A stretch of DNA of 64,000 nt from an uncultured delta proteobacterium (GTDB lineage Bacteria; Desulfobacterota; Syntrophia; Syntrophales; Fen-1087): positions 456 to 64,455 of the forward strand of contig CAVWGC010000001.1 in NCBI GenBank assembly GCA_963754515.1. The letters are read 5' to 3'. This document shows, one piece after another, positions 15,581 to 25,380 of the stretch. Each line of letters begins with the position of its first letter. Positions within the stretch are counted from its first letter, which is position 1. The notes under the pieces were generated by a model. It searched no databases. It was not told where the DNA came from and saw only the letters and a program-made list of their open reading frames with translations. Made by a program: the position numbers and the translations under genes.

Positions 15581-16711
15581 ATGACAAACATCAGAAAAAG
15601 CACTTTGCAGCATGTAAAAAAAGTGATCATCAAAATCGGCAGCGCCGTCCTGACAGGCGAAGACGGCCTGGATCTGCAGATCATCGAACAGTTAGTGGAT
15701 GAAATCGCCGAACTGACCAAGAATGGCTACCAGATTGTTGTCGTAACGTCCGGGGCCATCGCCTCGGGCAAACACCGCATGGGCATTTCCGGCCCCCTTA
15801 AAAGCATGCCCCAGAAGCAGGCTGCCGCGGCCATCGGCCAGAGTCGGCTCATGCGGGTCTATTCCAACGCCTTCGGGAAGCACGGCCTCTACGTGGCCCA
15901 GATCCTGCTGACCATGAGCGACCTCACCGACCGCAAACGGTTCCTCAACATCCGCAACACGCTCTCTACCCTGACAGAGTGGAGCGTGATCGCCGTCATC
16001 AATGAAAACGACTCCGTCGCCGTGGACGAAATCAAATTCGGCGACAACGACCACCTGGCCGCCATGATCGCCAATATCACCGAGGCGCACCTGCTGATCA
16101 ACCTGACCAGCACAGAGGGCCTCTACGACAAGAACCCCGCGCTGTCCAAAAATGCCAAAGTGATTTCGCTGGTCAGGGAAATCACGGAAGAAATCGAGGC
16201 GGCGGCAACCGCCGATACGACTTCTGTAGGCATGGGCGGCATGAAAAGCAAGGTCATCGCCGCCCGGAAAGTCATGGCCTTCGGAATTCCGTACATCATT
16301 GCCCCGGGCAAGGAAAAAGGGATTCTCCATGCAGTCATCGCCGGAAAAGACAAGGGAACCCTCTTTTTGCCCATGAGCGAACACCTGACCAGCCGCAAGT
16401 GCTGGATCGCCTTTACGCTGCGCTCCCGCGGAAAGCTGATCATCGACGAAGGGGCCAGAACGGCCATCTGCGAGCATGGAAAAAGCCTGCTGCCCTCGGG
16501 AATCATCAGCGTGGAGGGGGATTTCGACGTCGGCGACCCGGTCACCTGCATCGATCAGAACGGTGTATCGCTGGCCAAGGGCCTAACCAATTACGGATCG
16601 CAGGAAATCCTCAAGATCATGGGCCTGAAATCCTCAAAAATCGAGCAGGTGCTGGGGCACAAGGATTACGACGAAGTGATCCACCGCGACAATATGGCGG
16701 TGGAGAAATAA
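15581..16711 (+). CDS. proB: Glutamate 5-kinase
   Basis: VIIKIGSAVLT, VVTSGAIA and NENDSVAVDEIKFGDND motifs, with a C-terminal PUA-like domain. Confidence 0.9.
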   Translation: MTNIRKSTLQHVKKVIIKIGSAVLTGEDGLDLQIIEQLVDEIAELTKNGYQIVVVTSGAIASGKHRMGISGPLKSMPQKQAAAAIGQSRLMRVYSNAFGKHGLYVAQILLTMSDLTDRKRFLNIRNTLSTLTEWSVIAVINENDSVAVDEIKFGDNDHLAAMIANITEAHLLINLTSTEGLYDKNPALSKNAKVISLVREITEEIEAAATADTTSVGMGGMKSKVIAARKVMAFGIPYIIAPGKEKGILHAVIAGKDKGTLFLPMSEHLTSRKCWIAFTLRSRGKLIIDEGARTAICEHGKSLLPSGIISVEGDFDVGDPVTCIDQNGVSLAKGLTNYGSQEILKIMGLKSSKIEQVLGHKDYDEVIHRDNMAVEK

Positions 16712-16717
16712 TGACGG

Positions 16718-16852
16718 CTGCGTAAAAAGCCCGGATGCCGCGTTGCGCTGCATCCTTCGTCGTTGCGGCGTACGCCCAATGTACGCCTCACTTGGATAGG
16801 GACATGACTCTGTCATGTCCCCATGCGCCTTGCCTGCGAACTTTTTACGCAG
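16718..16852 (+). repeat. Repeat family R1, long form (135 bp core)
   Basis: CTGCGTAAAAAGC...CTTTTTACGCAG ends. Carries an extra internal palindrome GGGACATGAC-TCT-GTCATGTCCC (16799-16821). The conserved tail reaches the ogt stop at 16892-16894. Confidence 0.85.
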
Positions 16853-16891
16853 CCGTCTTGCTCGGCCAATTATTGACTTTTTGCGAGTTCG

Positions 16892-17455
16892 TCAAATAAT
16901 ACAGTCCTTGCTGATCCTTCCATGAGAATCGAACCGCACCCCTTCCATCTCCAGGAGCGCCCTTTTCATCTTCAGGCCGCCACCATATCCGCCCAATGTC
17001 CTGTCTGCCCGGATGGTTCGGTGACAGGGAATGATAATGGGGAAAGGGTTATGGGCAAGCGCCGTACCGACTGCTCTTGCCGCCCGCGGATGGCCCAGCC
17101 TGCCGGCCAGGGCGCCATAGGTGCTGACCTTGCCCCGGGGTATTTGAAATTCCAGGCGGAGGACCCGCTGCTGAAAGGTCCCGCAGGCGCCAGGATTCAA
17201 ATCATCCAGGGAAAACACGACTGCATCGCCCTGAAGATACCGTTCGATCCGGTCGATGATCCGGCCGATGGCGGCATGGGTGCGATGGGTGACGCCCGGA
17301 AAGGCTTCACATATATCCGCTTCGATTGTTCCCCGTCCCGTCGGAAGAAAAATGCGCCTCACTGCGGGAGAGGCCGTCTGGCTGTCCAAGGTCCAGACCA
17401 GGCCGATTTCTCCATATTTTGACGTGAACCGCCGATAGAAAAAAGTTTTGGTCAT
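16892..17455 (-). CDS. ogt: Methylated-DNA--protein-cysteine methyltransferase
   Basis: VSTYGALA...NPFPIIIPCHRTI active-site PCHR motif. The start overlaps the mntP stop (ATGA). Confidence 0.9.
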   Translation of the reverse strand: MTKTFFYRRFTSKYGEIGLVWTLDSQTASPAVRRIFLPTGRGTIEADICEAFPGVTHRTHAAIGRIIDRIERYLQGDAVVFSLDDLNPGACGTFQQRVLRLEFQIPRGKVSTYGALAGRLGHPRAARAVGTALAHNPFPIIIPCHRTIRADRTLGGYGGGLKMKRALLEMEGVRFDSHGRISKDCII

Positions 17456-18013
17456 GTCAGATGCCCCCAGAGAATTTTTATACCGATGCCTAACAGCACG
17501 AGTCCGCCTACCAATTCCGCCTTCTTGCCGAAAAGTCTCCCGAGTTTGCGGCCAAATACCATGCCTGCCGCGGTCATGAGGAAACAGACGACGCCGATGA
17601 TGACGCCGGCATGGATAATGGGCGCCTTCAGAAATGCAAGGCTCAGTCCGACCGCAAGCGCGTCGATGCTGGTCGCCACGGATAAAACAAGCAGCGTCAT
17701 GCCGCGTGTCGGATCGCCCACCCGAGTGAGTTCCTTCTCATGATGAAAGGAGTCCCAAATCATCTTCCCGCCCACGAGGACCAAAAGCAGAAAAGCCACC
17801 CAGTGATCATAACGGCTGATGTGAGCGGCTACCGTCCGGCCGGCCAGCCATCCGGCAAGGGGCATGGCAAACTGAAAGAAGGCCGAAGCTGCCGGCCAGG
17901 CGCAAAACGGCGCCGGACGTGAGCGTCCGGGCTGCGGCGCCGATTCCGACGGCCACGGAAAGGGCATCCATGCCCAGTCCGACGGCGATCAGCAATATGG
18001 AAAGAAAGTCCAA
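17452..18013 (-). pseudogene. mntP: Manganese efflux pump MntP, frame broken by a 1-nt insertion
   Basis: The N-terminal frame (17807..18013) gives MDFLSILLIAVGLGMDALSVAVGIG...VLRLAGSFG. The remainder (FFQFAMPLAGWLAG...DHWVAFLLLVLVGGKMIWDSF...) is in another frame (17452..17967). The junction is at GGCC 17881-17884. Confidence 0.8.
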
Positions 18014-18038
18014 CGATTATTCCTCATTTTGAGACCGC

Positions 18039-18177
18039 TGAAAAATGGTTCGCAAGCGGCGAATCAAATGTTTTCCGCCTTTCCAGAGATGACGTTAACG
18101 GCTTGCCTGAATCATGATAACGTCTGGAAGTTCTCTTAGCGGAAAAGATTTTTGAGACGCGGCGAAGCCATTTTTCA
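18039..18177. repeat. Repeat family R3 (139-bp long-hairpin element)
   Basis: Ends TGAAAAATGGTTCGCAAGCGGCGAATCAAA / TTTGAGACGCGGCGAAGCCATTTTTCA are inverted and shared with 63270-63407. The interior differs. Confidence 0.85.
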
Positions 18178-18190
18178 AGGCCTCCCTTAT

Positions 18191-20011
18191 TCAATTTTCC
18201 CCGGACTGGAAGAAGGCGTGGATCTTTTGCACCTGCGCCCGGCCGAGACCGGGAACTTCCTGCAGTTCCTCCGGAGACGCCCGCTCAATACGACGCAGGT
18301 CGCCGAAAAAGGTCAGCAATGCCTTTTTCCTGGCCGGGCCGACGCCGGGAATCTGCTCCAGGACGGATTGAAAGTCCTCTTTTTCCTTCACCTTCCTGTG
18401 ATAGGAAACGACGAAGCGGTGAGCTTCATCCCGGATGCGCTGAAGCAGGAGCTGGGCGGCCGGCCACCGGTAGAGCGGCACGGGATCTTTCCGGCGGGGC
18501 AGATAAACGCGATCAAAGGCCTGGGTGTCGTCCCGTTCCTTGGCCAGTCCGATCGCCGCCACGCCCTCGATCCCCAGATCCTTCAGGACGGACAGGGCCA
18601 CGCCAAGCTGCCCTTTCCCCCCGTCCACCACGATCAGATCGGGCAGTCCCTCTTTTTTCTGGTAGCGCCTGTGCAGCACCTCGTAGAGCATGCCGTAATC
18701 GTCGGCGGCCGCCACAGTCCGGATCCGGAAGCGCCGGTATCCGGGTTTCCAGGCCGCTCCCGCCAGAAAGGTTACCATGGCGCCCACAGCCCACCGGCCC
18801 CCTATGTTGGAGATGTCGAAGCATTCGATGCGCTCGGGCAAACGGTGCAGCATGAGTTTCTCCATCAGCAGGCGCAGGGCTTCTTCGGTCCCGTCGGCTG
18901 TCAGGCTGGACGTTTTGAACACATTTTCGGCGTTGAGGCGGGCCATCTTCAGCAGATCCCCGCCCTGACCGCGCCGGGCGACCCCGATGGTCACCTTCTT
19001 TCCCTTTTTATCGGAGAGCCACTCGGCAATGACCGCCTGATCCTCCAGCAATTCGGGAATAAGAATCGCATCGGGCAGATCCACCGCACCATCATAATAC
19101 TGTTTGATCAGGGAGGACAGCAGTATCTTCGTTTCGCCGCCGAGCTTGATCAACACAAAATCCTTCTGTCCCAAAAGTTTTCCCTGCCGGATAAAAAGGG
19201 CGCAGACCTGCGTCAGGTCGCCTTCGCGGTAAACGCCGAAAATATCCTGGGCGCCGCCACTCAAGGAAACCATGCGCTGTATCTCCAGCGTCGCGACAAT
19301 GGCGGCCACCCTGTCCCTGAGGACGGCAGCCGTCTCAAACTGCAAATTTTCAGACGCCTGCGCCATGCGCGCCTGCAAGTCGGCAATGAGAGCCCTTCCC
19401 CGTCCCTCCAGAAAGGCGACGGCGTCGCGCACCAGTTCCCGATAGGCCGCTTCCTCCACGTATCCCGTACAGGGGGCCAGACAGCGACGAATCTGATGCT
19501 CCAGGCAGGGCCTTTGGCGGGTTTTCATCTCCCGATCCCGGCAGGTGCGCAGCGGAAAGAGCAATTGCAGAAACCGCAGGGTTTCGCGGGCTGCGGCGCC
19601 GGACGGATAGGGGCCGAAACAGACCGCCCCATCCTTGCGCGGACGGCGGACCAGCTCAAAGCGCGGAAATGGTTGCTCCAAATCGATCCGGATGTGATAA
19701 TAGCTCTTGTCGTCGCGGAAATTCACATTGTAGCGGGGCCGGTGCTCCTTGATGAGCGTGTTTTCCAGGATCAGGGCCTCTTTTTCGGTCGCCGTGACGA
19801 TAAAGGCGACAGCCTGAACCCGGGAGACGAGAAACGGAATCATGGCGCGTCCATCCGTCCCGCCGAAGTAGGCGCGCACACGTTCACGCAGGTTTTTAGC
19901 CTTGCCCACATACAGAACCCTGCCGTCGCCGTCCTTCATAAGGTAAACCCCCGGCGCGCGCGGTGCGTTTTTGATGCTGTTTTCCGGCCCCTGGTTCATG
20001 CTACCCATCAC
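18191..20011 (-). CDS. uvrC: Excinuclease ABC subunit C
   Basis: GIY-YIG N-terminus ([26 protein letters not shown]), UVR domain, C-terminal HhH ([13 protein letters not shown]). Confidence 0.95.
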   Translation of the reverse strand: MMGSMNQGPENSIKNAPRAPGVYLMKDGDGRVLYVGKAKNLRERVRAYFGGTDGRAMIPFLVSRVQAVAFIVTATEKEALILENTLIKEHRPRYNVNFRDDKSYYHIRIDLEQPFPRFELVRRPRKDGAVCFGPYPSGAAARETLRFLQLLFPLRTCRDREMKTRQRPCLEHQIRRCLAPCTGYVEEAAYRELVRDAVAFLEGRGRALIADLQARMAQASENLQFETAAVLRDRVAAIVATLEIQRMVSLSGGAQDIFGVYREGDLTQVCALFIRQGKLLGQKDFVLIKLGGETKILLSSLIKQYYDGAVDLPDAILIPELLEDQAVIAEWLSDKKGKKVTIGVARRGQGGDLLKMARLNAENVFKTSSLTADGTEEALRLLMEKLMLHRLPERIECFDISNIGGRWAVGAMVTFLAGAAWKPGYRRFRIRTVAAADDYGMLYEVLHRRYQKKEGLPDLIVVDGGKGQLGVALSVLKDLGIEGVAAIGLAKERDDTQAFDRVYLPRRKDPVPLYRWPAAQLLLQRIRDEAHRFVVSYHRKVKEKEDFQSVLEQIPGVGPARKKALLTFFGDLRRIERASPEELQEVPGLGRAQVQKIHAFFQSGEN

Positions 20012-22005
20012 CCCCGAATTCCAGCATCAACGCCGTCAGCTCCTTGATCTCGTCCCGCAGCGTCGCGGCTTTTTCAAAATCCAGCAATTTGGCGGCCGCC
20101 TTCATCTCCCGTTTGAGCCGTCCGATCTGCGCCGACAGATCCACTTCCGAGGTGTATGCCGTTTTTCCCTCAGATATCATTGGGATACTAGAATAATCAG
20201 CCTCGTAAATCGAGCCCAGAATATTGTGAATGGCTTTTTTGATCGATTCGGGAGTGATCCCTTTTTCCCGGTTGTACCGCTCTTGAATCGCCCGGCGACG
20301 GCGGGTCTCGTCGAGGCAGGCCCGGATCGACCCCGTGATCGTATCCGCGTACATAATGACCTGTCCGGCGATATGCCGCGCCGCACGTCCACTGGTCTGG
20401 ATCAGGGAGCGTTCGGACCGCAGAAATCCCTCCTTGTCGGCGTCCAGGATGGCGACGAGAGACACTTCGGGAATATCAAGGCCCTCACGCAAGAGATTAA
20501 TGCCCACGAGCACGTCGAATACGCCGAGCCGCAAATCCCGTATGATGCTGACCCGATCCAGCGTATGCACGTCGGAATGCAGATAGCGCACCTTCACGCC
20601 CAGGTCCTCATAATAGGCCGTCAGGTTTTCCGCCATGCGTTTCGTCAGCGTCGTCACGAGCACGCGTTCGTTTTTATTCACGCGGTCGTGGATTTCCGCG
20701 AGGAGGTCATCCACCTGGCCCTGGGCCGGCTTCACGACAATCTCCGGGTCCATCAGGCCCGTGGGCCGGATGATCTGCTCCACCACGCTCCCCCCCGCCT
20801 TGTCCAGCTCATACCGGGCCGGCGTGGCGGAGATATAGAGCCGGGGTTGTATAAACCGCTCGAATTCATCGAAACGCAGCGGACGGTTGTCCAGCGCCGA
20901 CGGCATCCGGAAACCGTAATTCACGAGGGTCTCCTTGCGGGACCGGTCTCCCCGGTACATTCCGATAAGCTGGGGAATCATCGCATGGCTTTCATCGAGG
21001 ACGATCAGGGCGTTGGCGGGCAGATATTCCAGCAGCGTCGGCGGCGGCTCCCCGGGCCGGCGGCCCGTCAGGTGACGGGAATAGTTTTCGATGCCCTGGC
21101 AGTAACCCATCTCCTCCATCATTTCAATATCGAAGCGCGTCCGCTGTTCAAGCCGCTGCGCCTCTAATAGTTTGTTCTGCGCCCGCAGTTCGCCGAGCCG
21201 CTCTCCCAACTCGGCCCAAATATCGGCAATGGCCCGCTTGAGATTATCCCGGGTGGTGACATAATGACTGCCGGGATAAACGGCAATCCTCGGCAGTGTC
21301 TGGAGTTTCCTGCCCCGCAGGGGGTCCACCACCGTAATCGACTCAACCTGGTCGCCGAAGAATTCCACGACGGATAGCGCGTTCCTCCTCATAGGGCGGA
21401 AAGATTTCCACGACATCACCGCGGACCCGGAACGTTCCACGGTGAAAATCAATATCGTTGCGCTCATACTGAATCTCGACGAGCCTTCTCAGCACCTCGT
21501 CCCGCGGAATGTCCATACCTTGCTGGAGCACAAGCAGCATGCCCTGGTAGGCCTCGGGCGAACCGAGACCGTAGATGCAGGAAACGCTGGCCACAATGAT
21601 GACATCCGGCCGTTCCAGCAGCGAGTGCGTCGCGGAATGCCGCAGCTTGTCGATGTCCTCGTTGATGGCCGAATCCTTTTCAATATAGGTATCCGTACTC
21701 GGGATATAGGCCTCCGGCTGGTAGTAGTCGTAGTAGCTCACAAAATATTCCACGGCGTTTTCGGGAAAAAGGGTTTTGAATTCGCCGTAAAGCTGCGCCG
21801 CCAGGGTTTTGTTGTGAGCCATGACAAGCGTAGGACGCTGGACGGCCTGAATCACGTTGGCAATCGTGAAGGTCTTGCCGGAACCAGTCACCCCTAACAG
21901 GACCTGATGGCCGTCGCCCCGCGCCAGCCCCGCGACGATCTGTTCAATGGCCCGGGGCTGGTCGCCTTTGGGCTCAAATTCCGTAACCATTTGAAATGGA
22001 TTCAT
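20001..22005 (-). pseudogene. uvrB: Excinuclease ABC subunit B, frame broken by a 1-nt insertion (or an assembly error)
   Basis: The N-terminal ORF 21343..22005 (GVTGSGKT Walker A...[21 protein letters not shown]) and the C-terminal ORF 20001..21467 ([11 protein letters not shown]...DESH...UVR domain) join perfectly if the C at about 21369 is removed (AIR|VEFFGD). Confidence 0.85.
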
Positions 22006-22173
22006 GGGATGAGACTAACCCGAATCTTCTGCTCCCTGCAACAATAAAAACAGACCGGTCCGCACATGCCGGGAGCTGAATCGGGCCGTCCGGCCTGATC
22101 TAATTTAACCTTGACAAAATAATGCGACTATGGTTTACAGGGCAGCTCATTAACTTGCACCGGGGATGGAAAG

Positions 22174-22311
22174 ATGAAAAAGAACCTGACCGCATTCAGC
22201 AACACGAAGAGGAAGAGAACCCACGGCTTTCTTGTGCGCATGGCCACCAAGGGCGGCAGGCGCGTCCTGAGCCGCAGGCGGGCCAGAGGGCGAAAAAGGC
22301 TCACTGTTTAA
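22174..22311 (+). CDS. rpmH: 50S ribosomal protein L34
   Basis: Too short for the ORF track. The ATG at 22174 gives [45 protein letters not shown]. Confidence 0.9.
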   Translation: MKKNLTAFSNTKRKRTHGFLVRMATKGGRRVLSRRRARGRKRLTV

Positions 22312-22377
22312 AAACAAGGCAAGGGGTTCGGAAGACAGAGTCCTGCCTGCCGGCCTTTTGCTTTTTTTTCACGACGC

Positions 22378-22743
22378 ATGGAAAGACAGACATTCAGCAA
22401 AGATGAGCGGATTCGGAAAAAAAGGGATTATCTGACCGTCTATGAGCAGGGGGCGCGCAGCCATTCACGTCATTTCACCGTTATCGCGCACAGGAATCCA
22501 TCAGGAAAGAAACGGTTAGGCATCACAGTCAGCAAAAAGGTTGGAAACGCCGTTAAAAGGAACAGGCTCAAAAGGTTATTGCGAGAGTTTTTTAGATTGC
22601 ATAAGGAGCAGTTCCCCCTCGCACGGGACATTGTCATCATGGCCAGATGGACCAAGGGGGCCAAGGGGAACGTGCCTGTCCTGGGTTACTTGGATCTCCG
22701 CCTGGAACTGCAAGGTCTGCTGCAAAAAATATCTCATGATTAA
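22378..22743 (+). CDS. rnpA: Ribonuclease P protein component
   Basis: [25 protein letters not shown] (RNR motif), positioned after rpmH. Confidence 0.9.
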   Translation: MERQTFSKDERIRKKRDYLTVYEQGARSHSRHFTVIAHRNPSGKKRLGITVSKKVGNAVKRNRLKRLLREFFRLHKEQFPLARDIVIMARWTKGAKGNVPVLGYLDLRLELQGLLQKISHD

Positions 22744-22972
22744 AGGCCTATGCATAAATATTCTGGGAAAAGGCCTGGTCGCTCTGATCAGGCTTTATCA
22801 GATCGGCTTATCCCCTTTTTTCAATCCTTGCTGCCGTTTTTTCCCGACCTGCTCCGACTATGCGATTATGGCCATCAGGCGCCATGGTCCCTTCCAGGGG
22901 CTGCTCATGGCGGGCATGCGCCTGCTCCGTTGCCATCCCCTGCATCCCGGCGGGTATGACCCGGTGAGATGA
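22736..22972 (+). CDS. yidD: Membrane protein insertion efficiency factor YidD
   Basis: [38 protein letters not shown] at 22736 inside track ORF 22541..22972. Confidence 0.9.
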   Translation: MIKGLCINILGKGLVALIRLYQIGLSPFFNPCCRFFPTCSDYAIMAIRRHGPFQGLLMAGMRLLRCHPLHPGGYDPVR

Positions 22973-22999
22973 ATTAAATCAATAACTCTGGAGGTCTAA

Positions 23000-24616
23000 A
23001 TGGACAAGAAGGCCCTTATTGCCATTGTTCTGTCGGTTCTGGTGGTTTTTATCTACCAGACCTATTTTGCGCCGCCGCCGCCGTCCAAACAGCCGGACAA
23101 GACCATCAAGGAAACCCCTGCAGCGCCGGCTGCCAGGCAGGCCATAACACCCGCACCGGGGGGGAAAGCGTCGGCCCCGGCCAAAGCCAAACCGGTCGCT
23201 GCACCTGCAGTCATTCCGGAAAAAGAGATCACAGTCGATACAAAGCTCTACAAGGCCGTGTTCACGACGAAAGGCGGGACGCTGAAATCGTTCAAATTAA
23301 AGGACTACCGCAAAACACCAGCCAAAGATGCGGAATTGATTGACCTGGTCCAGATCAAACCGGACATGCCGGGGCCGCTCGGCCTGACCTTTTCTGAATC
23401 CGACATCATCACCCCCGCCGATGGCATGCATGAAACGACAGCCACGGCCCTCGACCTGATCAAGGCGCCGGAGCAGAACCGTTTGACGCTTTCCCAGACC
23501 TATCCCGATCAGATCAAAGTTGAAAAAATTTATACGTTCAATCCGTCCGGGTATAACATTGAACTGGAGGTCCGGGTTCACAATCTCTCCGGCGCCCCCA
23601 TCAACCAGGACGCTCTGTTGAGCTGGCACGAATATGTGGATCCCAGGACCGAGACGGACAGCTACACCCACGAAGGCCCCGTAATCTTTGTCGCAAAAAG
23701 CGTTGAACGCGAAGAGGTCAAGAAAATCACCAAGGATAAAATCTTCGGGCCGGACGTGTCCTGGGGCGGTTTCGAAACCAAATATTTCATCTCCGCGATG
23801 ATCCCACAGAATCCGTCGCTGAGCAGCATGGTCGTCTCCCAGGACAGCCAAAACATGGTTACGACGAGCCTGAAGGGCCCGAAGCATCTGATCCCCGCCG
23901 GGCAGGCCGGATTATTCAGCTACACGCTTTTCTTCGGGCCGAAGGATCACAGCATCCTCAAGGCTCTGGGCGTCGGCCTGGAAAATGCGATCGACTTTGG
24001 ATCCTGGCTGAAGTGGCTTGCCATGCCGATGCTTGTTATACTCAAGTATATAAACAACTTCGTAAATAATTACGGCATCACGATCATCATCCTGACGCTC
24101 CTGATCAAAATCGCCTTCTGGCCCCTGGGAAACAAGAGCTACAAATCCATGAAGGAAATGCAGAATCTGCAACCCCAGTTGACGGCCATTCGTGAAAAGT
24201 ACAAGGGCGACAAGCAGAAAGCAGGCCAGGAGACCATGGCCCTGTACAAGGCCCACAAAGTGAATCCTCTGGGGGGATGTCTTCCCATGGTGGTTCAGAT
24301 CCCCGTCTTTTTCGGCCTCTACAGGACCCTGTTGTATGCCATCGAACTCCGCCACGCCCCGTTTTTCTGGTGGATACAGGATCTTTCGGACAAGGACCCC
24401 TACTATATCACACCCATCATCATGGGGGCCACCATGTTCATCCAGCAGAAAATGAGTCCGCCGGCCGGCGAGCCCATGCAGCAGAAAATCATGCTCATCA
24501 TGCCGGTAGTTTTTACGTTTCTCTTCCTGACTTTTCCCTCGGGACTGGTCATTTACTGGCTGTTCAACAATATCCTGAGCATCGGCCAGCAATACTACAT
24601 CATGAAGAAAAAGTGA
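23000..24616 (+). CDS. yidC: Membrane protein insertase YidC
   Basis: N-terminal TM, a large periplasmic domain, and a conserved C-terminal core (NYGITIIILTLLIK...GGCLPMVVQIPVFF...). Confidence 0.95.
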   Translation: MDKKALIAIVLSVLVVFIYQTYFAPPPPSKQPDKTIKETPAAPAARQAITPAPGGKASAPAKAKPVAAPAVIPEKEITVDTKLYKAVFTTKGGTLKSFKLKDYRKTPAKDAELIDLVQIKPDMPGPLGLTFSESDIITPADGMHETTATALDLIKAPEQNRLTLSQTYPDQIKVEKIYTFNPSGYNIELEVRVHNLSGAPINQDALLSWHEYVDPRTETDSYTHEGPVIFVAKSVEREEVKKITKDKIFGPDVSWGGFETKYFISAMIPQNPSLSSMVVSQDSQNMVTTSLKGPKHLIPAGQAGLFSYTLFFGPKDHSILKALGVGLENAIDFGSWLKWLAMPMLVILKYINNFVNNYGITIIILTLLIKIAFWPLGNKSYKSMKEMQNLQPQLTAIREKYKGDKQKAGQETMALYKAHKVNPLGGCLPMVVQIPVFFGLYRTLLYAIELRHAPFFWWIQDLSDKDPYYITPIIMGATMFIQQKMSPPAGEPMQQKIMLIMPVVFTFLFLTFPSGLVIYWLFNNILSIGQQYYIMKKK

Positions 24617-24633
24617 TTTAAGGAGAGGTTAAA

Positions 24634-25377
24634 ATGCAAACTCTCGACATTGAAGGTAAATCAATAGATGAAGCCATCGAAAAAGCCTGTCGCGACTTCG
24701 GCGTTTCGCGGGATAAACTCAATATCGAAATCATCTCGGAAGGATCGACCGGCTTCCTGGGACTCATGGGCGGCAGAAAGGCCAGGATCAAGGCCGGCCT
24801 GCTTTCCATCGACGCAACACTGAACATGCCGCTGACGGCGCCGCAACCGGAAACGGCAGAAAAAATGCAGGCAGCGGGCATCACCGCGGCTGCATTTGAC
24901 ATGCCGCCGGCATCAGACGACGACAAGGTCGGCGAAAGGGCCAAAACAGTCCTGGAAGGCATTTTGGCCCGCATGGGCATTGCGGCGCCGGTCAGCGTCG
25001 AGGAAACGGAAGAATCGATTCTGTTGAACATCCAGGGCGACGGCGGCGGCCTGATCATCGGAAGGCGCGGCCAGAACCTCGATGCGATCCAATACATTGT
25101 CAATAAGGCCACAAACCGCTCCAGAGACGGACGAAAGATAATCATCATCGATACCGAAGCCTATCGCAAAAGACGCGAAGAATCCCTGGTCACCCTGGCC
25201 GGGAAGCTGGGCGAAAAGGTCAAGAAAACGAAAAAGGCCGTTACGGTCAGTCACATGAACGCCCATGACCGCCGCGTCATTCACATGGCGCTGCAGAACG
25301 ACGCATCGCTGACGACCAAAAGCAGGGGCGAAGGGGAATATCGGAAGATCGTCATCATACCTTCGAAAAAGAATTAA
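24634..25377 (+). CDS. jag: Jag/KhpB RNA-binding protein (Jag_N, KH, R3H)
   Basis: Jag N-domain (IEGKSIDEAIEKACRDFGV), GRRGQNLDAIQYIV (KH), and DRRVIHMALQND (R3H). Confidence 0.9.
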   Translation: MQTLDIEGKSIDEAIEKACRDFGVSRDKLNIEIISEGSTGFLGLMGGRKARIKAGLLSIDATLNMPLTAPQPETAEKMQAAGITAAAFDMPPASDDDKVGERAKTVLEGILARMGIAAPVSVEETEESILLNIQGDGGGLIIGRRGQNLDAIQYIVNKATNRSRDGRKIIIIDTEAYRKRREESLVTLAGKLGEKVKKTKKAVTVSHMNAHDRRVIHMALQNDASLTTKSRGEGEYRKIVIIPSKKN

Positions 25378-25380
25378 AAA

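Noticed and set aside
18152-20047. 631-aa ORF on the plus strand, plus similar long ORFs at 19971-21167, 57140-58201, 24913-25944, 27342-28280, 30649-31620, 39797-40525 and 8793-9398.
   Set aside because: All lie antisense to genes with unmistakable family motifs (uvrC, uvrB, GT, jag/mnmE, guaA-like, panE-like, porA, hpt). Their translations are low-complexity and R/G/P/H-rich, with no recognisable motifs. These are the usual shadow ORFs of high-GC DNA.
22006-22173. oriC or DnaA-box cluster upstream of rpmH.
   Set aside because: I found no TTATCCACA-like 9-mers or AT-rich unwinding element by eye, and dnaA is not adjacent. It needs a proper pattern scan before being fully dismissed.
22312-22377. 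Attenuator or terminator between rpmH and rnpA (a T-rich run at about 22352-22369).
   Set aside because: I could not draw a convincing GC-rich stem immediately preceding the T-run.
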